Shown here one piece after another: positions 36,999 to 45,858 of a DNA stretch of 64,000 bases; the first letter of the stretch is position 1; every line of letters begins with the position of its first letter. This DNA is from Bacillota bacterium (lineage in GTDB: Bacteria; Bacillota; Clostridia; Christensenellales; CAMQZB01). The stretch covers positions 760-64,759 of the forward strand of contig JAWXUX010000011.1 in the NCBI GenBank assembly GCA_044426045.1, in the 5' to 3' direction. Position numbers and translations under genes: made by a program. Under the pieces are notes generated by a model, which saw nothing but the letters and a program-made list of their open reading frames with translations, had not been told where the DNA came from and searched no databases.

Positions 36999-38247
36999 TG
37001 GTTTCTCCTTGTTTTCTCACGCATTTATCTTCCGCCTCGCCGTAAAGGATTATGTCTTCGGCATATGCTCTGCAACTTGGAGCACCGCAAAGTCCGCAGT
37101 CTATTCCGCCAAGGTTTCTTTCAATTTTCTCGATATCCGCCATGATTTGCATTGCTTTTAGCATATCGTCGGAAAATTTAAAAACGTCGGCTGTGTCGAG
37201 GGGTTGTTCCCAACGCATGTCGTTTGCGTTTTTCCCAAAGCTTGCGAGTTTAGCTTTTGTGACGGGCATATTTTTTCTGAGATTTTGGATTTTTGTTTTT
37301 GCGACAAATGGGTTTTCGATATTCAAAACCCCACCAACGCAACCGCCTGGGCATGCGTTTAGCTCGATAAATTCTATATCTGAAAGTTTGTCATCTTCAA
37401 GTTCTTTCAAGATTGCAATACAGTTTTCAATGCCGTCGGCAGAAAGGTATTTATCAAGCCTTACGCCGTTGCATTCACCGCCTGATGATGCCCAACCGAT
37501 GCCGAGAATTCCGCTTGATTGGATTTTTTGCGGAGTCACGATTTTGTTCATTTCTTTCACTAGTGCAAAATAAACTTCCGATTGCGAGAAAATGCCGTCT
37601 ATTCTTTTCTTTTTTGTTCCAAGGTTGTTTTGGATTGCAAAAACTTTTGCTGGGCACGGAGAAATGAAAAACACGCCGATTTCTTCATTTTTCAGCCCTG
37701 TTTCTTTCATCACAACTTCCCGTGCGAGTTTTGCCGAAACGTCGACTGGTGCGAGAAGTGGCAAAAGGTTATCTTTCAAATCGTGGAAACGAAGAAGTAT
37801 CAATTCCACAATCGCAGGACATGCCGAGCTTATTATCGGCTTTTGAACTTCACCGCTTGCAATCAATTTTCGAGTTGCTTCGCTCACGAGTTCCGCACCC
37901 GCGGAAACTTCAAAAACACGGTCAAAACCCATGTTTAAAAGCCCTGTCAAAACAATATCGACATCTTCAAGGTTGTTGAATTGACCGTATAGTGATGGGC
38001 TTGGAAGTGCTACTTTATATTTAAATTTTGACTTGTGCAGCATGTCAAGGCTGTCATAGACCGCACGTTTTGCATGCGACCCGCACACGCGGATACACTC
38101 GCCACATCCAATGCATTTTTCATAGTGCACCATGGCGATTCCGTCTTTTATTCTTATTGCTTCGGTTGGGCATTTTCGCATGCACGCAATGCAACCTTTG
38201 CATTTATCTTTATCAAGTTTTACTGTTGACGACCGTTTATCATTCAT
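36985..38247 (-). CDS. [FeFe]-hydrogenase-like H-cluster-domain protein with 2x[4Fe-4S] N-terminus and RnfB-like C-terminal Fe-S motif (putative sensor)
   Basis: CKGCIACMRKCP and CIGCGECIRVCG. H-cluster-like motifs SSACP (vs TSCCP), SPCPAK (vs MPCxxK) and ELNACPGGCVGG. C-terminal CGLCGAPSCRAYAEDI resembles the RnfB N-terminal Fe-S motif. Confidence 0.8.
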   Translation of the reverse strand: MNDKRSSTVKLDKDKCKGCIACMRKCPTEAIRIKDGIAMVHYEKCIGCGECIRVCGSHAKRAVYDSLDMLHKSKFKYKVALPSPSLYGQFNNLEDVDIVLTGLLNMGFDRVFEVSAGAELVSEATRKLIASGEVQKPIISSACPAIVELILLRFHDLKDNLLPLLAPVDVSAKLAREVVMKETGLKNEEIGVFFISPCPAKVFAIQNNLGTKKKRIDGIFSQSEVYFALVKEMNKIVTPQKIQSSGILGIGWASSGGECNGVRLDKYLSADGIENCIAILKELEDDKLSDIEFIELNACPGGCVGGVLNIENPFVAKTKIQNLRKNMPVTKAKLASFGKNANDMRWEQPLDTADVFKFSDDMLKAMQIMADIEKIERNLGGIDCGLCGAPSCRAYAEDIILYGEAEDKCVRKQGETNESV

Positions 38248-38317
38248 ATCATTTTACCCTTTGATAAAAAATCTCAAATGTCTTATTTTTTCGTCCCTAT
38301 GTTTTGTCCTTTTTGTT

Positions 38318-38740
38318 TTATTTGATATTTATCATCATTTTCACGTCTGTTCCAACGCCTACTTCCGACTTGATTTCCAAGCTGTCGGAATATTTTTTCA
38401 TGTTTGGAAGACCCATGCCTGCACCAAACCCAAGCGAGCGAACCGATTCTGTCGCTGTTGAAAATCCCTCTTGCATTGCTTTTTCGATATCCGCAATCCC
38501 TTTGCCCCTGTCGGAAAGCAAAAGCTCGATTTTATCTGGGAAAATTTCCACAAAAACCTTGCCACCATCGGCATGAATAACCATATTGATTTCCGCTTCA
38601 TACATCGCAATGACAACTCTTCTCACAATGGGTGCGGGAATTCCAAGCTGTTTTAGTCGCTTTTTCACATCTTCTGATGCTTCGCCAGCTGAGGCAAAGT
38701 TTTCGCCATCCACGTCATATTCTAGTTTCAGAGAGTTCAA
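38318..38740 (-). CDS. GHKL-type ATPase, SpoIIAB-like anti-sigma/serine kinase fold
   Basis: 140 aa. N-box-like EAEINMVIH, DRGKGI and G-box GFGAGMGLPNMKK. Confidence 0.75.
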   Translation of the reverse strand: MNSLKLEYDVDGENFASAGEASEDVKKRLKQLGIPAPIVRRVVIAMYEAEINMVIHADGGKVFVEIFPDKIELLLSDRGKGIADIEKAMQEGFSTATESVRSLGFGAGMGLPNMKKYSDSLEIKSEVGVGTDVKMMINIK

Positions 38741-39084
38741 TTTTCATCCCTCCCAAGACCTGCGTGATAAAGCTTGCCACACGCTTGGTACATTTTTTCC
38801 TTGGTTGCAATTATCACCATTTCTTTTTCTTTTGCGATATCAAGCACCATTTGGTCGGGACGTTTGCCACGAACAAAAACCACGCAACCAATATCAACCA
38901 TTTCGCAAGTTCTGCAAACTTGGGGATTAACAAGCCCAGTTAAAAGCATTGTTTGGTCAGACACAAACGCGAGAACGTCGCTCATCATGTCCGAGCCAAA
39001 CGCACCCTTGATTTCCATATCAGTTTGGTTTTCGCCAACCAAAATTTCAGCGTCAAGCAATTTTACAATTTCTTTTACTTTCAT
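38737..39084 (-). CDS. DRTGG domain protein
   Basis: 115 aa. DQTMLLTGL corresponds to the DRTGG signature. First gene of the cluster. Confidence 0.75.
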   Translation of the reverse strand: MKVKEIVKLLDAEILVGENQTDMEIKGAFGSDMMSDVLAFVSDQTMLLTGLVNPQVCRTCEMVDIGCVVFVRGKRPDQMVLDIAKEKEMVIIATKEKMYQACGKLYHAGLGRDEN

Positions 39085-39132
39085 GATTTCTCCTTTTAAG
39101 GATTTTCTTGATTATTTATAAGGATTTTTATA

Positions 39133-39161
39133 ATTTTATCACAGAATATGTGCTTTTTCAA
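39133..39161 (-). promoter_or_regulatory. Sigma-A-type promoter of the DRTGG/hydrogenase-like cluster
   Basis: Minus strand TTGAAA-N17-TAAAAT with TG at -15/-14. Direct repeats GCAAATAATTT x2 lie just upstream (39165-39200). Confidence 0.5.
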
Positions 39162-39202
39162 TAGGGATTGAAAATTATTTGCTTAAATGATAAATTATTT
39201 GC

Positions 39203-41032
39203 CTAAATTTCACCTTTACTTTCAAAAAAAGCAATCTCCTCAAGAAAAATTTCGCCGTATCTTTCGAATTTCACTTCGCCAACGCCGTTAACTTCAAGCA
39301 TTTCTTCTTTGGTTTTTGGGCGTTTATCCGCCATATCGATAAGGGTTTTATCGGAAAACACGACGTATGATGGGACGTGTTTTTTCTTTGCAAGATTGCC
39401 ACGAAGGATTTTGAGGGTGTCAAATAGCGTTGCATCTTCTGGGGTGATTTCAACTGATGCTTTGAATTTTTGCGATTTCGACATTTTTTCTTCGGCGTTG
39501 AACTTGAGCTCGAACTCCTCGCCGTTTCGCATGAAATTCTTGCCTTCTTCGGTGAGTTTCAATGTTGGATATTCGCTGTCGGTTTGGGTGATATAGCCAT
39601 TTTCAACAAGGCTGTCGATAACGGATTTCAAATATCGCACGCTTTTGTCGCTCGCGTTATAATATGAATTTTCGTTGAGTCGCCATGTGAGAATTTGTTT
39701 TGATTTGCTTCCCGAAAGCACGCTTGCGATAACTCCGCTTCCGAACCTTTCGCGAAGGGATGAAATGCACGAGATGATTTGCCTTGCTTCGGCTGTTGCG
39801 TTCGAGCTTTCGTATTTAGTGTTGCAACCACTGCAATTTCCGCATTTTTCGGTGGGTTTTTCACCGAAATATTCAAGAATATAATTTCTTATGCAACCAT
39901 TGTGCTTGGCATAGTCAGTCACTATTTGAAGGCGTTTTTTGTCTTTTTTTATCAGTTCAAGCTTCGCTTTTGGATCTAGGTCTTGAACATCTTTTGAGTT
40001 TTCAATCAGCCAGATGTTGTTTCTGACGTCGCTTGCGGAAAAAAACATTGTGCATATTGCAGGAGCACCGTCACGCCCCGCCCGCCCTGCTTCTTGATAG
40101 TAGCTTTCGAGGTCTTTTGGCATGTTGTAGTGCAAAACAAACCCGACGTCGGATTTATCAATGCCCATACCAAAGGCGTTTGTTGCCACCATGATTTTCA
40201 CGCGATCGTATAAAAAATCGTTTTGGTTTTTGGTTCTTTCGCTTTCCGATAGCCCCGCGTGGTATCTTGATGCGTTGTAGCCATTTTGATTCAAAGTTTC
40301 GCAAACTTCTTCCACGAGTTTTCGAGAAAAGCAATACACAATGCCAACTTTGTTTTTGTTTTTTGCCATAAAAGATAGAAGTCCCTCTTTTTTGCGATTT
40401 GGCTTTGTCACTTCAAAATAAAGGTTTTCACGATTGAATCCCGTGATTGTGATTTGTGGTTTTTGAAGTTTCAAAAGTTTCACGATATCATCTTGAACTT
40501 TTTTTGTCGCCGTTGCGGTGAACGCTGAAATTGGTGGGCGATTTTCTAGCTTTTCAATAAATTTTGGGATATCGAGATAGCTTGGGCGGAAATCTTGACC
40601 CCATTGCGAGATGCAGTGGGCTTCATCAACTGTCAACATTGAAATTTTAGTGTTTGTCGCAAAATGAAGAAAACTTTGGGAAAGAAGGCGTTCGGGTGCG
40701 ACATAAACAAGTTTATATTTGCCGTTTTTTGCATAGTCAAGCGCCATTTCCACTTGCCTTGGAGTTAGGCTTGAATTTATGTAGGCTGCGGGGATGCCGA
40801 GTTCTTTTAGCACCATAACTTGGTCTTGCATCAGCGAAATCAGCGGTGAAACCACGATTGCAACGCCATCAAAATGTATTGCGGGAACTTGAAAACACAG
40901 CGATTTTCCACCGCCCGTTGGCATGATTCCAACAACGTCGCCACCGTTTATTATTTCCTCCACAATTTGCTGTTGACCACGGCGAAATTCGTCATATCCA
41001 AAATGCGTTTTTAAAATTTCTTTTGCGTTCAT
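39203..41032 (-). CDS. recQ: ATP-dependent DNA helicase RecQ
   Basis: 609 aa. Motifs PTGGGKSLCFQ, DEAHCISQWGQDFRP, Zn-binding Cys cluster, C-terminal HRDC. Confidence 0.95.
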   Translation of the reverse strand: MNAKEILKTHFGYDEFRRGQQQIVEEIINGGDVVGIMPTGGGKSLCFQVPAIHFDGVAIVVSPLISLMQDQVMVLKELGIPAAYINSSLTPRQVEMALDYAKNGKYKLVYVAPERLLSQSFLHFATNTKISMLTVDEAHCISQWGQDFRPSYLDIPKFIEKLENRPPISAFTATATKKVQDDIVKLLKLQKPQITITGFNRENLYFEVTKPNRKKEGLLSFMAKNKNKVGIVYCFSRKLVEEVCETLNQNGYNASRYHAGLSESERTKNQNDFLYDRVKIMVATNAFGMGIDKSDVGFVLHYNMPKDLESYYQEAGRAGRDGAPAICTMFFSASDVRNNIWLIENSKDVQDLDPKAKLELIKKDKKRLQIVTDYAKHNGCIRNYILEYFGEKPTEKCGNCSGCNTKYESSNATAEARQIISCISSLRERFGSGVIASVLSGSKSKQILTWRLNENSYYNASDKSVRYLKSVIDSLVENGYITQTDSEYPTLKLTEEGKNFMRNGEEFELKFNAEEKMSKSQKFKASVEITPEDATLFDTLKILRGNLAKKKHVPSYVVFSDKTLIDMADKRPKTKEEMLEVNGVGEVKFERYGEIFLEEIAFFESKGEI

Positions 41033-41055
41033 TGATTGCTCCTTGTATTGATTAA

Positions 41056-41329
41056 GGTGAAAGGTAAAATCTGAAAAATTAAAGTAAAAAGCTTTGCTTT
41101 AAGTGAAAAGTGAAAAGTGAAAAGTGAAAAGTGAGGTAGGCACTCGTTTCGCTCGTGCACCCTATTATATTTGGGCACTGAAATAGGGACGCCCCTATTT
41201 GAATAGTTGCGTTCCTTCTGCTAGTTGCAAATATAATTGAAAAGCACGAGCGGTACGCGAGTGCATTACCTCACTTTTCACTTTTCACTTTTCACTTTTC
41301 ACTTAACGCGTAGCGTTTCACCTCTCACC
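41056..41329. repeat. Composite palindromic intergenic element, copy D (type 1 core, GTGAAAA arm variant)
   Basis: Decayed heptamers, AAAGCtttGCTTT mini-hairpin, 4x GTGAAAA, GTGAGGTAGG..., core, ...CATTACCTCAC, 4x TTTTCAC, TTAACGCGTAGCGTT. Both the arm changes and the T>A change are mirrored on the other side. Ends 24 nt upstream of the recQ ATG. Confidence 0.9.
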
Positions 41330-41331
41330 TT

Positions 41332-43611
41332 CTATTTATATTTATCCACGCAAAGCGAGAATGTTTTTTCTCCGTTTATGAAATAGAAGAAGATGTGCAT
41401 GCCTTGTTCGTCTAGGATTTTGCCGATTTTTGAATATTCGTCTTTTTTTGTTGGGTAAAGACATGAAATCAGCGTGTGTTTTTTGGCGGGTTTTGTGTTC
41501 ATTTGGTAGTGCCAATGTTTTTGTTTATCCGCTTTTTCAGCTTCGTCCACGCCGTCAAATTCGTCGGTGATATTCGTGCTTTCAATGCCTGATGAAACGT
41601 GAACAAATTCACATTCTAGGCTAGCTTTTTCACCCGTCAAATTATAAAATTCGCCGTTTGCTTCTGGCTTATAGATTGAATGGAGAAGGAAAGAAACTGG
41701 CGCTTCTTTTTCAAGTTCCACCTTATCCACAAGCACGAAATATTTATCGTCGACAAAATATATTTCACGCGTGTAGTCCACAAGATGTGGCACGTTGAGT
41801 TTATAGGCAGCGGTTGCGTTTTCCACAATGTGGACATAATTTTCCGTTTCTGTCACGCGTTTAACTTCGCCGTTTGAAGCGAGTTGAAGCGTTTTATCCA
41901 TTTCAAAATATTGGCTTTGACCGTCGATGAGAAGCACATTTTTTGAATGTGATTTTTTGCGCCATTTTCTGTGAAAAGAGCTGTTGAAGCCGATATAATA
42001 GCCTGTTTCCACAAGAAGTGGGTCGCCAAATGCGTGCAAATAAAATGCGTTTTGGTCGCCGTGGCTGTGAGAAAGTGAGCCATATTTGCTTGATTTTGTG
42101 AGAAAATAGATATGGTTTTCGGGATCTGCAATATCCTTGTGGATTGCGACCCAACCGATATCTTTGAACCATTTCACACGTCTGCCCGCATTTGGAGTTT
42201 TTGCGGGAATTTCACCGCAGTTTGAAAGGTGAAGCATTTCGTCGAAATAGAAATCCCACCAACCAACATCGAAAAATTCCGTTGAGTCATACGTCTCGTT
42301 TTTTGCGACTTGGTCGAAATACCATTGGTGCTCGCCGTTGCCTGTGATTCCCGCAAGCGCGCGCACGTTGAAAGCTGTTTTCAGCGTTGGGGTGTTGCCA
42401 AGGTTTGTTTGGTCGCCAAAAGAGGCACGGATTGTGTCGTAAGGCAGACACATCATTGGGAATTCCGCTGTTTTTTGGAAGAATGGTCTTTTCAAAAGGT
42501 CAATTCCCGAATAGTTTTTCAATATATTCAGTGCATCGATAACAAACGCCATGCCTGTTGTCCAATAAAAAGTACCCTCGCACCAACCGCCATCGTCACC
42601 GCCCCATGGGGTGTAGATCACGTTGATATATTCAGTTGCGTATTTCAGCCATTTTTTAACAGTGCCGTCGTCTTCGCCAAGCATTGCAATTCCGCATGGG
42701 ATAAGCACTGATGAAATCGAGCGAATTGCGTGGCTGTCATAAAGTGAATAATCGATTTTGCAATGAGTGAAAACATGATCCATGATTTCTTTTGTTCTTA
42801 TGAAAAGTGGCTCGAGCACCGCTTTTCTTTGCTCCACTGTCATATGGTTATAAAGCCAATCGTAGCCCCAGCCTAGGGTTGCTGTCACTTTGAATGCACA
42901 TTCGTCGTGATAGCTTCTTTTTGTTGAGCCGTTCACGTCCCATTTTGCGATTTCAAGAAGTGAATTTATCGCTTGATTTATATATTCCTTATTATCTAGC
43001 ATTTCGCCCGCAATCGCAAGAAATTTGATGTGGTTGAATGCTTCTTGACATTGAAGATAGTTGCCACGCCAGATGTGCATAACCCTCACATCGTTTGGAT
43101 ATCTTGATGGCTCTGCCACTAGCGGTTTTCCGATGTATCTTTTTGCGGCTTTTTCAAAGAACCTATCAAACTTGCAATATGAGTTATCTGCTTGCACGTT
43201 TTTCTTGAAATCTTTGAATCTTTCCCCTGAAAGCCACAATCTTGGATGGGATGTTTCATTATTTTCAAATCTTTCAGCTTCGCTTTCGATTGGGTTTACA
43301 AATGAGTTTTCGCTCGTGATAAAACTGCGAACTTTGCTCCATTCATATTCACCGCCAGAAACTGTGTATCGCCAAAAATATTCGCCATTTTCAAAGGAAA
43401 TTGGCGGTGCAAAGAAGTTGTGACCGATGTTTTCGTATCTGAAAACTTCCGATTTGAAATCGACATCTTTTGAAATTTCAATTGTGTAGGGGCCGTTTTC
43501 TTTATTGCCCGCAATCCATGTGAAACGCGGTGGATTTTCCGACACGTTTCCGCTTTCTGGTGAGTATCTTATGGTTAGTATTCCGCTGTTTGGTTGGTCT
43601 AGTTTTCTCAT
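41332..43611 (-). CDS. Heparinase II/III-like polysaccharide lyase family protein, no signal peptide seen
   Basis: 759 aa. C-terminal HSHGDQNAFYLHAFG motif typical of heparinase II/III-like domains. The N-terminal beta-rich region resembles those that precede such domains. Confidence 0.7.
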   Translation of the reverse strand: MRKLDQPNSGILTIRYSPESGNVSENPPRFTWIAGNKENGPYTIEISKDVDFKSEVFRYENIGHNFFAPPISFENGEYFWRYTVSGGEYEWSKVRSFITSENSFVNPIESEAERFENNETSHPRLWLSGERFKDFKKNVQADNSYCKFDRFFEKAAKRYIGKPLVAEPSRYPNDVRVMHIWRGNYLQCQEAFNHIKFLAIAGEMLDNKEYINQAINSLLEIAKWDVNGSTKRSYHDECAFKVTATLGWGYDWLYNHMTVEQRKAVLEPLFIRTKEIMDHVFTHCKIDYSLYDSHAIRSISSVLIPCGIAMLGEDDGTVKKWLKYATEYINVIYTPWGGDDGGWCEGTFYWTTGMAFVIDALNILKNYSGIDLLKRPFFQKTAEFPMMCLPYDTIRASFGDQTNLGNTPTLKTAFNVRALAGITGNGEHQWYFDQVAKNETYDSTEFFDVGWWDFYFDEMLHLSNCGEIPAKTPNAGRRVKWFKDIGWVAIHKDIADPENHIYFLTKSSKYGSLSHSHGDQNAFYLHAFGDPLLVETGYYIGFNSSFHRKWRKKSHSKNVLLIDGQSQYFEMDKTLQLASNGEVKRVTETENYVHIVENATAAYKLNVPHLVDYTREIYFVDDKYFVLVDKVELEKEAPVSFLLHSIYKPEANGEFYNLTGEKASLECEFVHVSSGIESTNITDEFDGVDEAEKADKQKHWHYQMNTKPAKKHTLISCLYPTKKDEYSKIGKILDEQGMHIFFYFINGEKTFSLCVDKYK

Positions 43612-43630
43612 CTTGTCCCCTTTTATTTAG

Positions 43631-43660
43631 AGAGCACCTTTAAATTCGGTGCTCTTTTTC
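43631..43660. terminator. Hairpin after argH
   Basis: AGAGCACC-N9-GGTGCTCT. The T-run is only on the plus strand, so its role as the argH terminator is uncertain. Confidence 0.3.
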
Positions 43661-43680
43661 TCATCTATTAAAAATATTGT

Positions 43681-45066
43681 TTAAAAATTGAATGTTTTTA
43701 GGAAATCTTTGCAATACGCGATTTGGTCAGAAACACATTGCGGACTTGGAGAGCCCATTGATGTGCGTTTTTTCACGCACTGCATGATATCAACTGCTTC
43801 AAAGATATCCTCTTCGAAAAGTTCGGATTTTGTTTTGTACCACGCGAGAGGGAGTGTGTTCATTGTGTGATTTTGGTCGATACAATCGGCAACTAGCTCG
43901 CCTGTGATTTTATATGCCGTTCTGAAAGGCATGCCTTTTTTCACGAGATAATCCGCACAATCCGTTGCATTAACAAAGCCTTTTTGCACCGCAAGAAGCA
44001 TGTTATCTTCACGAAGGCGCATTGTTGCAAGCATTTTATCAAAGATTGGAATACAATTTTTCACGGTTTTCACGCTGTCGAAAATGCCTTCTTTATCTTC
44101 TTGCATATCTTTGTTATAGGCAAGTGGAAGACCTTTCATCACCGTTAGAATACCCATGAGATTGCCATACACCCTGCCTGTTTTTCCGCGGATTAGTTCT
44201 GGGATATCTGGGTTTTTCTTTTGTGGCATGATTGAAGAGCCTGTTGAATAGGCATCGTCGAGTTCCACAAACTTGAATTCCCAACTGCACCACATGATGA
44301 CTTCTTCGGAAAATCTTGAAAGGTGCATCATGATTGTTGAAATGGCAGATCCAAGTTCGATAACGAAATCTCTATCAGAAACGCCGTCAAGGCTGTTTTG
44401 GGCTGGTCTTTCAAAGCCTAGAAGTTGGGCAGTTTGGTTGCGGTCAATATCATATGTTGTGCCCGCAAGCGCGCAAGAGCCAAGTGGGCAGACATTTGTT
44501 CTTTTGTAGCAATCGCAAAGTCGCTGTTTATCGCGCATGAACATTTGGGCATACGCCATCATCACGTGAGCAAATGTCACGGGTTGAGCACGTTGCAAAT
44601 GTGTGTAGCCTGGCATAACAACTTCTTTTGTTTTTTCCGCAATGTCGCAAAGGGTTTCGAGAAGGCTTGAAAGCAAGCTTGAAATTTCCATTGTTTGGTT
44701 TTTGAGATACATGCGAAGGTCAAGCGCCACTTGATCGTTACGGCTTCTTGATGTGTGAAGGCGTTTGCCCGCATCGCCAATGCGTTTTGTGAGCTCCGCT
44801 TCGATAAACATGTGGATATCTTCCGCTGTCATGTCAAAATCGAGTTCACCATTTTGAAGTTCTTCAAGTATTTTCGCAAGTCCATCTTTTATTTTTTCCG
44901 CATCTTCATTTGAAATGATACCCTTTGTCGCAAGCATTGTTGCGTGCGCAATACTGCCCGTGATATCTTCAGCAAACATCACGCAGTCAAACGATATTGA
45001 CGAGTTGAAATCATTCGTTTCTTCAGCAAGAGATTTCTTAAATCTTCCACTCCACATTTTTTCCAT
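43681..45066 (-). CDS. argH: Argininosuccinate lyase
   Basis: 461 aa. MWSGRF N-terminus, SRNDQV and GSSIMPQKKNPD signature. Confidence 0.95.
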   Translation of the reverse strand: MEKMWSGRFKKSLAEETNDFNSSISFDCVMFAEDITGSIAHATMLATKGIISNEDAEKIKDGLAKILEELQNGELDFDMTAEDIHMFIEAELTKRIGDAGKRLHTSRSRNDQVALDLRMYLKNQTMEISSLLSSLLETLCDIAEKTKEVVMPGYTHLQRAQPVTFAHVMMAYAQMFMRDKQRLCDCYKRTNVCPLGSCALAGTTYDIDRNQTAQLLGFERPAQNSLDGVSDRDFVIELGSAISTIMMHLSRFSEEVIMWCSWEFKFVELDDAYSTGSSIMPQKKNPDIPELIRGKTGRVYGNLMGILTVMKGLPLAYNKDMQEDKEGIFDSVKTVKNCIPIFDKMLATMRLREDNMLLAVQKGFVNATDCADYLVKKGMPFRTAYKITGELVADCIDQNHTMNTLPLAWYKTKSELFEEDIFEAVDIMQCVKKRTSMGSPSPQCVSDQIAYCKDFLKTFNF

Positions 45067-45106
45067 ATTTTTCTTATCCTTATAACGTTTTTTTCTTTAC
45101 ATTATA

Positions 45107-45135
45107 ATTATAAGGCAAAGAGGGAGGGATGTCAA
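45107..45135 (-). promoter_or_regulatory. Sigma-A-type promoter of argH
   Basis: Minus strand TTGACA-N17-TATAAT (perfect consensus). Confidence 0.6.
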
Positions 45136-45160
45136 TAGAAAATGAGGGGAAATTTTATAA

Positions 45161-45358
45161 GTGAATAGTGAATAGTGAATAGTGAATAGTTGTGGTAATG
45201 CACTCGCTTCGCTCGTGCTTTCTATGTTTGGAAATTAGAATAGTTGCAAACACTTGAAATTGTTTGCAACTATTGTAGTTTTATATTCAATTTTGTATGC
45301 ACGGAGCGAAAGCGTAGTGCCTACCACAACTATTCACTATTCCCTATTCTCTATTCAC
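45161..45358. repeat. Composite palindromic intergenic element, copy E (type 2 core, GTGAATA arm variant)
   Basis: 4x GTGAATA, GTTGTGGTAATGCAC..., core stem ATAGTTGCAAACA/TGTTTGCAACTAT, ...GTGCCTACCACAAC, TATTCAC/TATTCCC/TATTCTC/TATTCAC. Confidence 0.9.
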
Positions 45359-45361
45359 TTT

Positions 45362-45386
45362 AAAAAATTTGCAAAGCAAATTTTTT
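45362..45386 (-). terminator. Terminator of the spoIIIA operon
   Basis: Perfect palindrome AAAAAATTTGCaaaGCAAATTTTTT overlapping the spoIIIAH stop. Confidence 0.55.
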
Positions 45387-45858
45387 AACTAACTGGAATA
45401 ATCTTCACGTTCGCATATGTCGCGTTGGTTTCGCTGGAGATTACTTCATAGATTTGTGCGACTTCGGTTTGGGTTAGTTCGTCGGCTTTGACAATTACGT
45501 TTATATCGTCGCTGTCGTATGACATTGTCACCACAACATCTTCAAAACCTTTTGCACCGATAAGGCTTTCAAGAGTTAGCTCGGCATCCATAACGGCGAC
45601 TATGCTCATTTTTTGTGCGGCGGCGTCGGCGAGAACTTCGGCGTCAAGCGATTCTGTTGCTATTATTGAATCGAGATTTAAAAGCTGTTCTTGTCTTGTT
45701 GTTGTGCGCTCGCTTCTGTATTCAGAAAAATAATCTGAAACTGTGATATCCTCGCTTGCCGTCACGTCTGTTGACAAAAGCACGTTCACATAAACTGTTG
45801 CGACAAGCAAAAACACTAAACACACTGATACTACTATTTTCTTTCTTTTTGACATCAT
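45385..45858 (-). CDS. spoIIIAH: Stage III sporulation protein AH
   Basis: 157 aa. N-terminal TM, F..YR.ER...R...L and LE.LI.AKGFEDVVV pattern as in SpoIIIAH. Last gene of the spoIIIA operon. Confidence 0.7.
   Translation of the reverse strand: MMSKRKKIVVSVCLVFLLVATVYVNVLLSTDVTASEDITVSDYFSEYRSERTTTRQEQLLNLDSIIATESLDAEVLADAAAQKMSIVAVMDAELTLESLIGAKGFEDVVVTMSYDSDDINVIVKADELTQTEVAQIYEVISSETNATYANVKIIPVS

Noticed and set aside
45161-45358. Elements as the intrinsic terminators of the upstream genes
   Set aside because: On the mRNA-sense (minus) strand the long hairpin is followed by CTTAAAAAAA rather than a U-run. Copies E, F, G and H lie downstream of a separate small terminator hairpin that directly follows the stop codon. 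Only copy A has T-runs on both sides.
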